Below the pieces are notes generated by a model. That model did not search any database. It saw only the letters and a list, made by a program, of their open reading frames with translations, and had not been told where the DNA came from. 36,341 nucleotides of DNA from a virus (taxonomy: Duplodnaviria; Caudoviricetes). Positions 20,017 to 29,708 of this stretch are shown here, piece by piece (position 1 is the stretch's first letter; each line of letters opens with the position of its first letter). The stretch spans positions 1 to 36,341 of IMG/VR virus record IMGVR_UViG_3300010148_000043; one strand, given 5' to 3'. Both the position numbers and the translations under genes were made by a program.

Positions 20017-21027
20017 TTATTTAGAAATTTCAGCAGCTAAACGATCATTTTGAGCCAATTCGGCTTCTAGATCATTTATTTGCTTCCTTTTAGCTTCCTC
20101 ATATGCTTTCAAATCTTTTTTCATAGATTGAGCATTGAATTCACTATAATCAGATTCCAAATATACATTCTCGTTCTCACCATTACTAATAGCGATAGGA
20201 AAATATTCACAGCATCTCATTTTAGTGTTATTGTAATCTGACGGCACTGCCACCACATTACGAGGACTTACTAATACTTCTAATATTACACCATCTTCAT
20301 ATCCAAAATCATGAACATATTCCATAGACCCCACGTGAAGGCCAGCAGAACATGTTTGATCTGGATTAGAGTCACACTCCTCTCTTGGCATTGTAATAGG
20401 CTGACCTACTTTAATTACCATTCCATGAGCGCCACTATGATAAGGTGCGAAAGTTAATGATTGAGTATATTTCTTTTCTCTTTCACCAGTGTCTTCATTG
20501 TACTCGAACTGAACAACTTCTTCCCCAGTCGTTTTATCGTACTTAGATTTAACTTTACAGGCTTTGTAAGCAAGAAAATACCCTTTGTCTGTTATTGGAT
20601 GGCCATTATGCTCTAGAAAACTATATAATTGTTTTCTAACGCTTTTATCCGGATTTAATAACAGATGCTTCCAGAAATTAATTAAACCTTCTAAAGGAAT
20701 TCCATCCTCCATCCACTTCATTAATTTCTTTGCTAAAAAGTTTGGTATAGGATCTGTTGTACCTTTAAGATACATTTTCCTACCACCATCAAATTCAAAT
20801 CTCCCATCAGTTTGATTTTGAATTCGATGTCCAGGAGTTAGCAATTCCTGAACTTTTGCCAATAAGGCATTTCGTTCATCAGTGTCTCTAGATTTATTAT
20901 AATTTTCAGCTAATTTAATAATTTTATCAGCTTCAGAGAAGCTTCTAGAAATACTTTTTGGTAGTCCATCGATAATGACCTGAACGTGGTCTTTATCAAC
21001 TTTACAGACTAAATAACTATTTTTCAT
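20017..21027 (-). CDS. rIIB: rIIB-like protein
   Basis: PITDKGYFLAYK, CSAGLHVG and VSPRNVVAVPSDYNNTKMRCCEY motifs; directly downstream of the rIIA-like gene. Confidence 0.9.
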   Translation of the reverse strand: MKNSYLVCKVDKDHVQVIIDGLPKSISRSFSEADKIIKLAENYNKSRDTDERNALLAKVQELLTPGHRIQNQTDGRFEFDGGRKMYLKGTTDPIPNFLAKKLMKWMEDGIPLEGLINFWKHLLLNPDKSVRKQLYSFLEHNGHPITDKGYFLAYKACKVKSKYDKTTGEEVVQFEYNEDTGEREKKYTQSLTFAPYHSGAHGMVIKVGQPITMPREECDSNPDQTCSAGLHVGSMEYVHDFGYEDGVILEVLVSPRNVVAVPSDYNNTKMRCCEYFPIAISNGENENVYLESDYSEFNAQSMKKDLKAYEEAKRKQINDLEAELAQNDRLAAEISK

Positions 21028-23485
21028 TTTTTACTTTATTTAATTTTTTAAACTTAACCGTCTTCTTATTCTTACTTTTTAGATAAGTTCTTAATGATAA
21101 AAACAATTCTTTATTTCTAATATTGTTTTGATCATTTTTTGTTTCAACTTGTCTAAGGTTTTGAATAATTTCCAGGTCTTTGGCATACTCTTCTAATTCA
21201 TCTAAGATTTCTAATGCTTTATGGTCTTTACAATCATACTTTTTACACATATCGAGTAAAGCTTGTTTTTCAGTGTAACCCAAAGCTCTAAATTGATTAT
21301 AGTAATTAGTATGCAATTTATGCAATTTTTTCCACTTATAAAAGAGATCTTCATTAAGAGTTTTAAAGACTTGAAACATATTAATATCTTCAACTCTCTC
21401 CTTAATTAGATGAGCAGTATACCATCTTTTTACAATATGATGTCCCATTTCAAATAATTGATTAACATTAATAAATTCACTTAATTCATCCTTGATACTA
21501 TTAGCAACTTTCAGTATAACTACACCGTCATGCTTATAATACTTTTGACGCTTATTTTCATCAGCTTCAAAAGAAAATGTATGACTTGCATAATCTACTG
21601 AATATTGATTATAAGCATCTTCACCTTGTTTACATATCTGTCCAACAGCTTTAAGTAAATCATTATCTTTAGAATTACCATAAATAATAATACCACCCTT
21701 ATCTTTGTAATTACCCATGATTTCACCATCGGTTTCTATATTACAAAATTTAGGATTATTACTATTATCTTGATAATATCTTCTACAAAATAATTTACCT
21801 AATCTTTTCCTTCTTTCTTGATCTGTTTCAAACTCACCCATAGCCTCTAATTCATCTTCATTAGTTACAATAACATCATCATACATTTTAAACTTATGTT
21901 TACAACCATCAAGTAGCTTACACATAATATTAAAATCAGATATTATAACTTCAGGATCTCTTACTTCTAATTTAGAATTCCATAAATCATAATCTCTTTC
22001 AGAATCAATTACTTTTTGGTCACATCTATTCCTTCTTAATTGAATATATTTACCAGTAGAAGTTTCAGCTATATGATTAAGAATAGTAATATCTTTAGGC
22101 TTCCTAAATGTTTTAGTAGGCTTATCAGAACCATCTTCTTTCTTTTCATATACTTGTTCTTGATAATAAACATCATATTTTAAGAAATCTTCCCAATCAG
22201 TTGCTTTTTTAGATACTTTAAAACCACCAGAATAACTATGATGTTGTTCCTTACTAACAGTAGCAATAGTAAAACCCATAAATAATTTATCTATAGCTTT
22301 GTCTTGTAAAGGATTTACACTTAAAGAACCAAGAAATTCCATCTTAACATCTTTTTGAGTTAATTCAGCAAGATGAGATCTTACCTCAAATGTACTAGTC
22401 CAGTTGTGTCCATAATAACTTCTTGTATTTTTCTTAACAGAAGTAGCCATTTTAATCCAATGCAAGAAATCAGTAGCATTATTTAGCTCTTTATTACATT
22501 CTAATATACAACTTTCCCTAACAGCTTTAAATTTAGCTTTAATAGCTTCTTTAGTTCTATCAGTATATCGAATATTCTCTCTTGATGGAACCAAATCAAT
22601 TTCACCAATACCAAATTTAAGAGCAGCAGGAGCACGATCTTCGTTTATACCATCTAATTGATTAAAATCTAATGGGTATCTTACTCTTCCTACTACACAA
22701 TGTAAATTTTTATCAATTTGAGTATTCTCTAGCCCTAAAGCTACTATTAAATCATCATCTTCATAATCTATTTTAATAGAATCTATATGAGCTCCTAGAC
22801 CTTCATCTACATTTATGTATTGTAAACCATCAAAATATAATAATTGCTGTTCTATAGACTTTTTAAACGTTCTAAGGTCTTTATCCTCTTGTATAGGGAT
22901 AATGACTTCAGTAGAGTTTAAATCCTCTGTAGGCGTTGCTTTTATCATATCCATATGAAATGCATCATTACCTTTATATAGCATATAAGAGTGTTTAACA
23001 CCATTATGATTTGCTATAATATAAAATGTATTAGTATATGAAAATGGAGATTTAGCACCAATACCAAATCCACCAATTTGTAGATTGTTATCTCTTTTAG
23101 TTGAATTACCAAACATAGTGTAGATAGTTTCTACTCTTGATTGACTTAATCCAATACCAAAATCTCTAAATATCATTGCATTACCAATACCTAATAATAT
23201 ATTCTCTTCTTGAAATTCTATTTGAGGACATTTATTGTCAGGATGCCAGTGTTTAGAATCATCTTCATGAGTACTAGGTATAATACCTTCTCTCTTAAGA
23301 CGTTTCTCTCTGTGTGCATCATAACAATTAGATGTTACTTCCCTTACTATAGAACCTATAGGGTCAGAATATAAATTAATTAAAGAATCGATTATGATTC
23401 CCATAGAATCTTCACCGATCTTAAATTTATTGGTTTTCATTTCACCAATAATCTTTTCTACGCTTTTTTCTCTTTTAATTTCCAT
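21017..23485 (-). CDS. rIIA: rIIA-like protein with N-terminal GHKL (Hsp90-like) ATPase
   Basis: LYSDPIGSIVREVTSNCYDAH, RDFGIGLS, GGFGIGAKSPFSY and PSRENIRY motifs; paired with rIIB. Confidence 0.9.
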   Translation of the reverse strand: MEIKREKSVEKIIGEMKTNKFKIGEDSMGIIIDSLINLYSDPIGSIVREVTSNCYDAHREKRLKREGIIPSTHEDDSKHWHPDNKCPQIEFQEENILLGIGNAMIFRDFGIGLSQSRVETIYTMFGNSTKRDNNLQIGGFGIGAKSPFSYTNTFYIIANHNGVKHSYMLYKGNDAFHMDMIKATPTEDLNSTEVIIPIQEDKDLRTFKKSIEQQLLYFDGLQYINVDEGLGAHIDSIKIDYEDDDLIVALGLENTQIDKNLHCVVGRVRYPLDFNQLDGINEDRAPAALKFGIGEIDLVPSRENIRYTDRTKEAIKAKFKAVRESCILECNKELNNATDFLHWIKMATSVKKNTRSYYGHNWTSTFEVRSHLAELTQKDVKMEFLGSLSVNPLQDKAIDKLFMGFTIATVSKEQHHSYSGGFKVSKKATDWEDFLKYDVYYQEQVYEKKEDGSDKPTKTFRKPKDITILNHIAETSTGKYIQLRRNRCDQKVIDSERDYDLWNSKLEVRDPEVIISDFNIMCKLLDGCKHKFKMYDDVIVTNEDELEAMGEFETDQERRKRLGKLFCRRYYQDNSNNPKFCNIETDGEIMGNYKDKGGIIIYGNSKDNDLLKAVGQICKQGEDAYNQYSVDYASHTFSFEADENKRQKYYKHDGVVILKVANSIKDELSEFINVNQLFEMGHHIVKRWYTAHLIKERVEDINMFQVFKTLNEDLFYKWKKLHKLHTNYYNQFRALGYTEKQALLDMCKKYDCKDHKALEILDELEEYAKDLEIIQNLRQVETKNDQNNIRNKELFLSLRTYLKSKNKKTVKFKKLNKVKNEK

Positions 23486-24492
23486 GCGTCTATTAATTTA
23501 TTTATTAAACATTTAGTTTCTTCACTTGTATGAGATTTTCTATAATCAGATATATCTTTAAATCCATTTGATCTTGTTTTAAAAGTTTGTAAAAATATAG
23601 GTTTGAACCCATATATTTTCTTTAACTTATTAGCGCCTCTTACGCCAGTATAATCAAAGTCATTTAATATATAAATATCATTGAATCTCTCATATAATTC
23701 ACGAGTAACAGTATCTTTAATATTCGCAATTTCATTTTGTAAAGCTACACTTATGTAGCCTAATGTTCTTAACACCATAACATCTTTTAATGCTTTAGTG
23801 ATAATTAACATATTACCTTTACTAGGTAATTGATCCCATCCTTGAAAAATAGTTCTATTAGTATTGCTCATCCATTTATATCCTGTTAAAGATAATGGAC
23901 GATAAATCTTCCATGTATATTCATTGTCTTTATAAAATAAATAACCATAAATAGGATTATTATTTACATAAGTAGCGACTGTATTGTCACCTACGAATAC
24001 ACATTTACAAGAAAATACATTATATAATTTAAGTAAATTCTCATCAATACCATATTGACTCCAATAATGTTTATCTACAAAAGTAAACTTTTGTGTTTTA
24101 ACAGTTATTGATTTCTTAGGGGTAAAATTTAATTGCTTAATATCAGTTTGATAACCTGAATACTCTTTGGTTTTATAACCATATTGGCTATACATTAACT
24201 CTAAATTAAAATCTTTGTTTATTTGAATCAGCGCGTCATAAAAATTTATAGAAAATTTCTTTTGTATAAAATTAAAACAATCACCAGATTCACCCGTACC
24301 AAAATCTTTATATCTAATAGTACCTCTTTTATCTACAAACAATGAAAAGCTGGGCTTATCATCTTGACGAAAAGGACTATTTATTACTATACCGGATTTA
24401 AAATCTCTTCCTATATAATAACTAAAAATTTGATATGCACTAAGTTTATTTAGAATAGCCTCTTTGGTTAATTGAATATTAATTTTATACAT
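23458..24492 (-). CDS. dnaG: DnaG-like primase, crAss type
   Basis: Degenerate ZBD (SPFRQDDKPSF..YKDFGTGESGD), TOPRIM ITKALKDVM, NDFDYTG (DxD) and KDISD. Confidence 0.88.
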   Translation of the reverse strand: MYKINIQLTKEAILNKLSAYQIFSYYIGRDFKSGIVINSPFRQDDKPSFSLFVDKRGTIRYKDFGTGESGDCFNFIQKKFSINFYDALIQINKDFNLELMYSQYGYKTKEYSGYQTDIKQLNFTPKKSITVKTQKFTFVDKHYWSQYGIDENLLKLYNVFSCKCVFVGDNTVATYVNNNPIYGYLFYKDNEYTWKIYRPLSLTGYKWMSNTNRTIFQGWDQLPSKGNMLIITKALKDVMVLRTLGYISVALQNEIANIKDTVTRELYERFNDIYILNDFDYTGVRGANKLKKIYGFKPIFLQTFKTRSNGFKDISDYRKSHTSEETKCLINKLIDAWKLKEKKA

Positions 24493-24518
24493 ATCTTAAA
24501 AATATTAAATTATTCCAA

Positions 24519-24621
24519 AAGAAAAAAGGGAGGAGATAAATACACCGCTGTATCACCTTTATCGCTAAGAGCTGAACAATTTAAAAAAATCACTCTATTA
24601 CCGCGAGGAACTCCTCCCTTT
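24519..24621 (-). ncRNA. Closed-stem structured element with U-tract between ssb and primase (terminator and/or sRNA)
   Basis: Perfect 11-bp IR aaagggaggag (24525-24535) / ctcctcccttt (24611-24621) encloses 75 nt. A T-run follows on the minus strand. Confidence 0.55.
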
Positions 24622-24639
24622 ATCTTCAAATCATATTAC

Positions 24640-25206
24640 CTAAAACGGTAAACCAGATTCTGCAGGCTCTGCTGCACCATTCGATGCAGTAGAAGTTAAT
24701 GTAGCTGGATTATCAGCTTCATCCTTTTCCATTTTATCGAAACTAGTTATATTTAACTTAGTTGGATTTATATCCATAGTTTCAACAAAAGGAACATATT
24801 TAGGAATAGATACATAGTTATTGTAACTATATACAGTTTTAACTCTTAACTTTTTACCAACATAACTATTACCTAATAAAGTAATAACTGTCTTAGCAAA
24901 ACTGTCAAAAGAATCTGCATTAATAACTATCTTATCTTCTTCCATAAATTTAGTTAGGATGTGCTTTACTCTCTTCATTTGAGATTGTAATTTCTTTTCC
25001 CAACCTTCGTTATTTGTGTCTATTGGCCATTCAAAATGATTCAATGAAGAACCTTCTTCTGATTTAAAGGTAAACTTTAGAAAAGCATTACCATTACTTG
25101 CCGTGTCAACACTAACACCCGTCATTTCTGCATTTTCCGTTATACCTAACGGGAATACTGAGGTAGACGATCCCTCTGACTTTACAGTCTGATTAATTTG
25201 ATACAT
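24640..25206 (-). CDS. Putative single-stranded DNA-binding protein (DUF669-like)
   Basis: Beta-rich core with a flexible tail ending AESGLPF. Sits between the Sak4-like ATPase and primase. Confidence 0.7.
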   Translation of the reverse strand: MYQINQTVKSEGSSTSVFPLGITENAEMTGVSVDTASNGNAFLKFTFKSEEGSSLNHFEWPIDTNNEGWEKKLQSQMKRVKHILTKFMEEDKIVINADSFDSFAKTVITLLGNSYVGKKLRVKTVYSYNNYVSIPKYVPFVETMDINPTKLNITSFDKMEKDEADNPATLTSTASNGAAEPAESGLPF

Positions 25207-25228
25207 AAATTTAATTTTAATCGATTAA

Positions 25229-25900
25229 TTATTCATTATAGTACTTTTCCATTTCTGTTTTAATAGAACGTAAACAGTTAGGAATTAAATAGTCTTCAAA
25301 CATACCTTCAGGTGATTTCGCAGTTGAAACACCATCAGATTGTGTCTGAAACATATATTCGTTCTTTCCTTTACCATCAGCTTTAACTTCAGTAAATAAA
25401 ACAACGCTTGACATAGACTCTAAAACAATACGATCTAATTGTTTTCCAGCTGTCATTACCTTTTTATATTGAGCACCCATATCATTATAACCCTCTTCAG
25501 AGTGTGCTAATACAAATACATCAGTATCGTCAGGTAATATTTGATTTATGATAGTAAATACATCGTATATACCACCAGATAATTGAGTCCACTTTTCAAA
25601 ACCTTTAATGTGTCTTTCTCCCATTACTTTATCTGTCATCATACGATTAATAGTATCGATAACAACAGTTTTAATGTGAGGAGCTTTTTCAGGTATAGCT
25701 TTCAATACATTACATACTTCAACCAAAGAAGAGATTTTAGAATAATTCTTATTTTCTTTAGAATAATTCTTCTTCCATCCTTTAAAAGGTAACGCTTTTT
25801 GATCACTATTTATATAAAAAGTGGTTTTAGGATCCAAATTTCTACTAGAGGTGGACTTGCCGGATCCAGACTTTCCACATATAATTACTAAATTTGCCAT
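25229..25900 (-). CDS. AAA_24/Sak4-like ATPase (single-strand annealing recombinase family)
   Basis: Walker A GKSGSGKS, Walker B VVIDT, VLAHSE and TAKSPEGMF; adjacent to SSB. Confidence 0.85.
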   Translation of the reverse strand: MANLVIICGKSGSGKSTSSRNLDPKTTFYINSDQKALPFKGWKKNYSKENKNYSKISSLVEVCNVLKAIPEKAPHIKTVVIDTINRMMTDKVMGERHIKGFEKWTQLSGGIYDVFTIINQILPDDTDVFVLAHSEEGYNDMGAQYKKVMTAGKQLDRIVLESMSSVVLFTEVKADGKGKNEYMFQTQSDGVSTAKSPEGMFEDYLIPNCLRSIKTEMEKYYNE

Positions 25901-25901
25901 A

Positions 25902-26276
25902 TTATTTTTCTTCTTTTAATATATAAAACCCTAATTTTAAATAATTCATTGCATCAGCAAATCTACCATCAATACTTTCTGCTTGCGGGATCTCAGGATC
26001 CTTAGCATAAGACATAATAGCAGCAACATGTTTATAAAAATAAACACCCCAAGCTTGCATAGGAGTTGTTCCGCTTAACTCTGCAGCTTTTCTAAAATTT
26101 GCCAATACATCACCATTAGCTTGAGTATAGCCGGGTCTTTTAGCATCCTCAATATTTTTAGCTAATTTTTCTAGTTCTTTTACACAATTATCATAATCTT
26201 TTCCATTATGATAGTTTACTTCCACATCTCCAGCAGTGCTAGTATGATATGTTTGTTTATTCCACAGTTTAGTCAT
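25902..26276 (-). CDS. DUF1599/Nmad1-like all-helical (MazG-like) nucleotide-metabolism protein
   Basis: KRPGY..DVLANF..KH..ESIDGRFADAMNY pattern. Start moved to ATG 26276, which gives ATGACTAA coupling to the helicase stop. Confidence 0.55.
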   Translation of the reverse strand: MTKLWNKQTYHTSTAGDVEVNYHNGKDYDNCVKELEKLAKNIEDAKRPGYTQANGDVLANFRKAAELSGTTPMQAWGVYFYKHVAAIMSYAKDPEIPQAESIDGRFADAMNYLKLGFYILKEEK

Positions 26277-27246
26277 TTGATTTAATTTTATAATTAACAT
26301 TTTCATTATTATAATCGACTACACGATTATACATCAATTCATTTTTCATACGCGCTATACAAGGCTGACCTTCTCTAACTTTTAGAAAGTGCCAAAACAA
26401 TGCACCAGCAGTATTCCATGATTTAGGTCCATAAGTTTCTAATCCTAATTGCTCAGGATTCATAGATACCATAACTAAATCTGAAAACATATAAACTGAA
26501 TCACCACCAAACAAATCTTTCTTTTTAGGAAATTGTTGAGAGGGTTCAGTTGCACGATCTGCATGTTCTATCTCTCTGTTTAATTGAGATAAAAATACAA
26601 ATGCTATTTTATATTTCTTCTTTAGTGCATTAGCCATAACCATAAGTTCAACTAAAACAATACGTTCCATTTCACCAGCCCTACCTCTAACAAGAATAGT
26701 ATGATCTAGCATAACAACTACACCTCTATCTTTATTTTCTTCTTGGGTCGCGAAATGTTCTATAGTATTTTTAATTAGTTCTACATTACCTGGCATTTCT
26801 ACATACCAAATAGGATATTGGGTTATTTCTTTACTTGTTGATAATACTTTATAATAAGCAGCATCTGATAAAGTGTAACCTTCTATACCACTGTGTAGTT
26901 TTCTTGTCGTTGTATTTAGTGCGCTTGAAAATTTACGACTCACTAATTGACGAGCTAGCATCTCGAAATTAAATGATAATACTGCAAACTTTTCTTCTGT
27001 ATTTAATTGAAATAATTCTGTTTCTAATTGATTTATAATAGCAGTTTTACCACTACCAGACATACCCGCTATAGTATGTATAGTGTTCCACTCTATTCCA
27101 TCCATGCTAACATGATTATATTTAGCCCATGGAGTTCTTAAGGATTTAATTAATCCTTTTCTTCTGTCATCAATATACTGTACAGCATCAAATGCTGCTT
27201 TCTTTATACTTGTATATTGCAATCTTGGTTTATTTATTTGTGTCAT
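26269..27246 (-). CDS. dnaB: DnaB-like (SF4) replicative helicase, ATPase domain only
   Basis: IAGMSGSGKT, FNFEM, VMLDH, LSQLNREIE and LKVREG motifs. Confidence 0.9.
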   Translation of the reverse strand: MTQINKPRLQYTSIKKAAFDAVQYIDDRRKGLIKSLRTPWAKYNHVSMDGIEWNTIHTIAGMSGSGKTAIINQLETELFQLNTEEKFAVLSFNFEMLARQLVSRKFSSALNTTTRKLHSGIEGYTLSDAAYYKVLSTSKEITQYPIWYVEMPGNVELIKNTIEHFATQEENKDRGVVVMLDHTILVRGRAGEMERIVLVELMVMANALKKKYKIAFVFLSQLNREIEHADRATEPSQQFPKKKDLFGGDSVYMFSDLVMVSMNPEQLGLETYGPKSWNTAGALFWHFLKVREGQPCIARMKNELMYNRVVDYNNENVNYKIKSND

Positions 27247-27833
27247 ATTAAATCTTCTCCGTATTTAGTGTCACCGCTAGTAGATGTATTAACTTCAGCC
27301 TCAAGAAAACTAGCATAAGCATCCCAAGCATTTTTATTTAAATAAGTTTCTAAAGCGTGCATATATGGCATATTACCACCACGCGTTCTTAATTCAACTT
27401 CTTTCTTTAAACAAGCAAGAATATAAGTATGAGTTAAAGGATTACCTTTTACAATCCTATCATATTTTTGTTTACATACAATAGCACTTTTAGCAGATAT
27501 ACTAGAAGGTCTTAATACTCTTACTGATCTACCATTGTATACTTTAACAGGATACGCAGCAAATAGTTCAGTAAAATAAGATTCTTCTACTCCTAATAAT
27601 TTTCTCACCTTATCTCTTGCAAGAGTTATGCAAGTTAAAGGATTTTGTGGATCGCAAGATAATATATATCCTTGATCCACTAACCCTTGAACTTCCTTTT
27701 TAGCAAAACCATAAAGATTTACATATTTCACGAATAAATCAACATTGTTTTCAAATAGTAAATTTAACATTACATATTGAGACGCAGTTAGTTTGTTCTT
27801 GATCAATCCAAGAACATTGATTTCTATATTCAT
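27243..27833 (-). CDS. Putative replication initiator/helicase-loader-like protein
   Basis: N-terminal wHTH-like region, FTELFAAYP and LETYLN..W motifs. 4-bp overlap with dnaB. ATG 27833 is preferred over the track's 27884 start. Confidence 0.55.
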   Translation of the reverse strand: MNIEINVLGLIKNKLTASQYVMLNLLFENNVDLFVKYVNLYGFAKKEVQGLVDQGYILSCDPQNPLTCITLARDKVRKLLGVEESYFTELFAAYPVKVYNGRSVRVLRPSSISAKSAIVCKQKYDRIVKGNPLTHTYILACLKKEVELRTRGGNMPYMHALETYLNKNAWDAYASFLEAEVNTSTSGDTKYGEDLI

Positions 27834-27867
27834 ATCGGGAAATTTTTGAATGATAAAGATAATTAAT

Positions 27868-28041
27868 TTATAGTTTATAGACAACTTTTTTAACAGGTTT
27901 TTTTACTTTTTTATAACCTGTAATGATCTGACTACCAATGAGATACACTTTCTTTTTAAGTAATCTTCCTTTGTATTCATAATAGTCTTCTATTGCTTCA
28001 TAGGGTACACCATTGATACCTTCATCCCATATTTTAGCCAT
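27868..28041 (-). CDS. Small basic hypothetical protein (57 aa), not in the ORF track
   Basis: MAKIWDEGINGVPYEAIEDYYEYKGRLLKKKVYLIGSQIITGYKKVKKPVKKVVYKL*. Fills the gap with an 8-nt overlap to the upstream gene. Confidence 0.7.
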   Translation of the reverse strand: MAKIWDEGINGVPYEAIEDYYEYKGRLLKKKVYLIGSQIITGYKKVKKPVKKVVYKL

Positions 28042-28510
28042 CTTTATCGAGTATTAATTTTTTTAAATCTAACACATCTTCTAACTTGAAACGTGTTGTA
28101 AGAGCTTCGGTCATATTTACTGTATCGGTAGACCATTCATAGACATTACCTGCATATACCAAGCAATAAGCTGGTACAACTATAGTATCTTCTATAAATG
28201 CTTTACCTTTATCGGTTACTCTCCAATGACCATTTTTATCAGGATTAGACTCTATAAACTTCCATTTTTCTAAATAGGTATAGTCCATAGCAGTAGCTCT
28301 TAATCCTAAGAGAGTAAATTCATTTTGTACGTGCATATATATGCCTGTACTTTGTGTTCTAGAGTATATTATTGCTAATGCTCTACACATATTAGAATTC
28401 AACTTCCGTTTATAAGCCTTAACCAACTGTCCACAAGCGGGACAGTTAGTTCCAGACTCATAATGTTTACGAAGGTGATCCTTGACTTCAAGAATTGTTT
28501 TCATATTCAT
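28034..28510 (-). CDS. Hypothetical protein with CxxC motif and possible winged-helix domain
   Basis: CPACGQ and a wing-like GHWRVTDKGKAFI segment. Confidence 0.7.
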   Translation of the reverse strand: MNMKTILEVKDHLRKHYESGTNCPACGQLVKAYKRKLNSNMCRALAIIYSRTQSTGIYMHVQNEFTLLGLRATAMDYTYLEKWKFIESNPDKNGHWRVTDKGKAFIEDTIVVPAYCLVYAGNVYEWSTDTVNMTEALTTRFKLEDVLDLKKLILDKDG

Positions 28511-29708
28511 TAATATTTAAAAGTTCAACATTATAATCCTCTTGAGAGGAAGCTATCCACTTCTCCTCTTGACTATTTTCAACATAGATACGATAGATCA
28601 GAGCCTGCTTGCCATCTTCCCAACGAACAGTACGGCCTATTCGCTGTATCATATCTTTTGTTTTGCTTGTTCCACTGGCTATAATAGCCATAGAAATATC
28701 AGGTACATTCATACCTTCGTTCAAAGCCTTAGCTGTAGATATTCGTGTTATTGAATTCCCGCTCTTCAATAAATCTAAGTTTTCAGTTCGTTTCTTTTTA
28801 GAAACTTTACTATGAAAACTTACACAATTATCTAATTCATCTGTGACTTTGTCAGCAAATTCAATAGTCTGAGAAAATATAATAGCTTTTCTCTCAAGAT
28901 TCATATTTGATATTAAATTAACTGCATCTAACTTAGCGCTAGCATTATATAATATGCTTTTACGTTTAGCCATTGCAGCATTACACATATAAGGATAAGA
29001 AGAATTAGTATTATCTAATATTTCTCCTTTACCTCTTAAAAATGTGTCATATTTGGATGGATTCATACATGCAAACATAGTTTTTAAATCTTTATTAAAA
29101 TAAGGAAATAAAGAGTTAAAAGTTCTATCTGCTTTTGTATATTCAGATAATTCAGAAGTTGTTAACTTAATTGGCACATTATATATCTTGAAAGGACTAA
29201 TCAATCCAAGATCTTGTGCTTCGTTAGTTGTAACACTGTGAATAACAGGACATATACCTGATAAAATACGTAATTTTATCTTATCTACATAAGCGGTAAG
29301 TCCTAGTATTTTCTGATATCTATTGTTAACAAAAAAATTAACAAACTTTGGGCTCATATAATTATGAACCTCATCAGCTATTATTAAATTGAATGTATGT
29401 CCCACCCATTTATATGCAGTTTGTATGCATACACATTTAACACATTGTTCGAAGACATCTCCCTGTCCCCATTTATAAAATTCATCTTTCCATGATCTAT
29501 CTCTAATAGTTTCAGTAGGAGTTAATATTAATATCCTAGCTTCCATATCAGTTAATTTGGCGATGTAAGCTGCGGCCAGCACACCACAACGTGTTTTACC
29601 GGTTCCGGTAGCATATTGTAGGGTCCCCCTGCCATGCCACGGCTTACTCCACCATTTATTTAGACCTTGTCTTTGAATTTTATCTTTTGATTTAGATATA
29701 TTATTCAT
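28488..29708 (-). CDS. Superfamily 2 DExH helicase (XPB/UvsW/ResIII-like)
   Basis: ATGTGKT, LILTPT, DEVH, LGLTA, LNEGMNVP and QRIGR motifs. Confidence 0.92.
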   Translation of the reverse strand: MNNISKSKDKIQRQGLNKWWSKPWHGRGTLQYATGTGKTRCGVLAAAYIAKLTDMEARILILTPTETIRDRSWKDEFYKWGQGDVFEQCVKCVCIQTAYKWVGHTFNLIIADEVHNYMSPKFVNFFVNNRYQKILGLTAYVDKIKLRILSGICPVIHSVTTNEAQDLGLISPFKIYNVPIKLTTSELSEYTKADRTFNSLFPYFNKDLKTMFACMNPSKYDTFLRGKGEILDNTNSSYPYMCNAAMAKRKSILYNASAKLDAVNLISNMNLERKAIIFSQTIEFADKVTDELDNCVSFHSKVSKKKRTENLDLLKSGNSITRISTAKALNEGMNVPDISMAIIASGTSKTKDMIQRIGRTVRWEDGKQALIYRIYVENSQEEKWIASSQEDYNVELLNINEYENNS

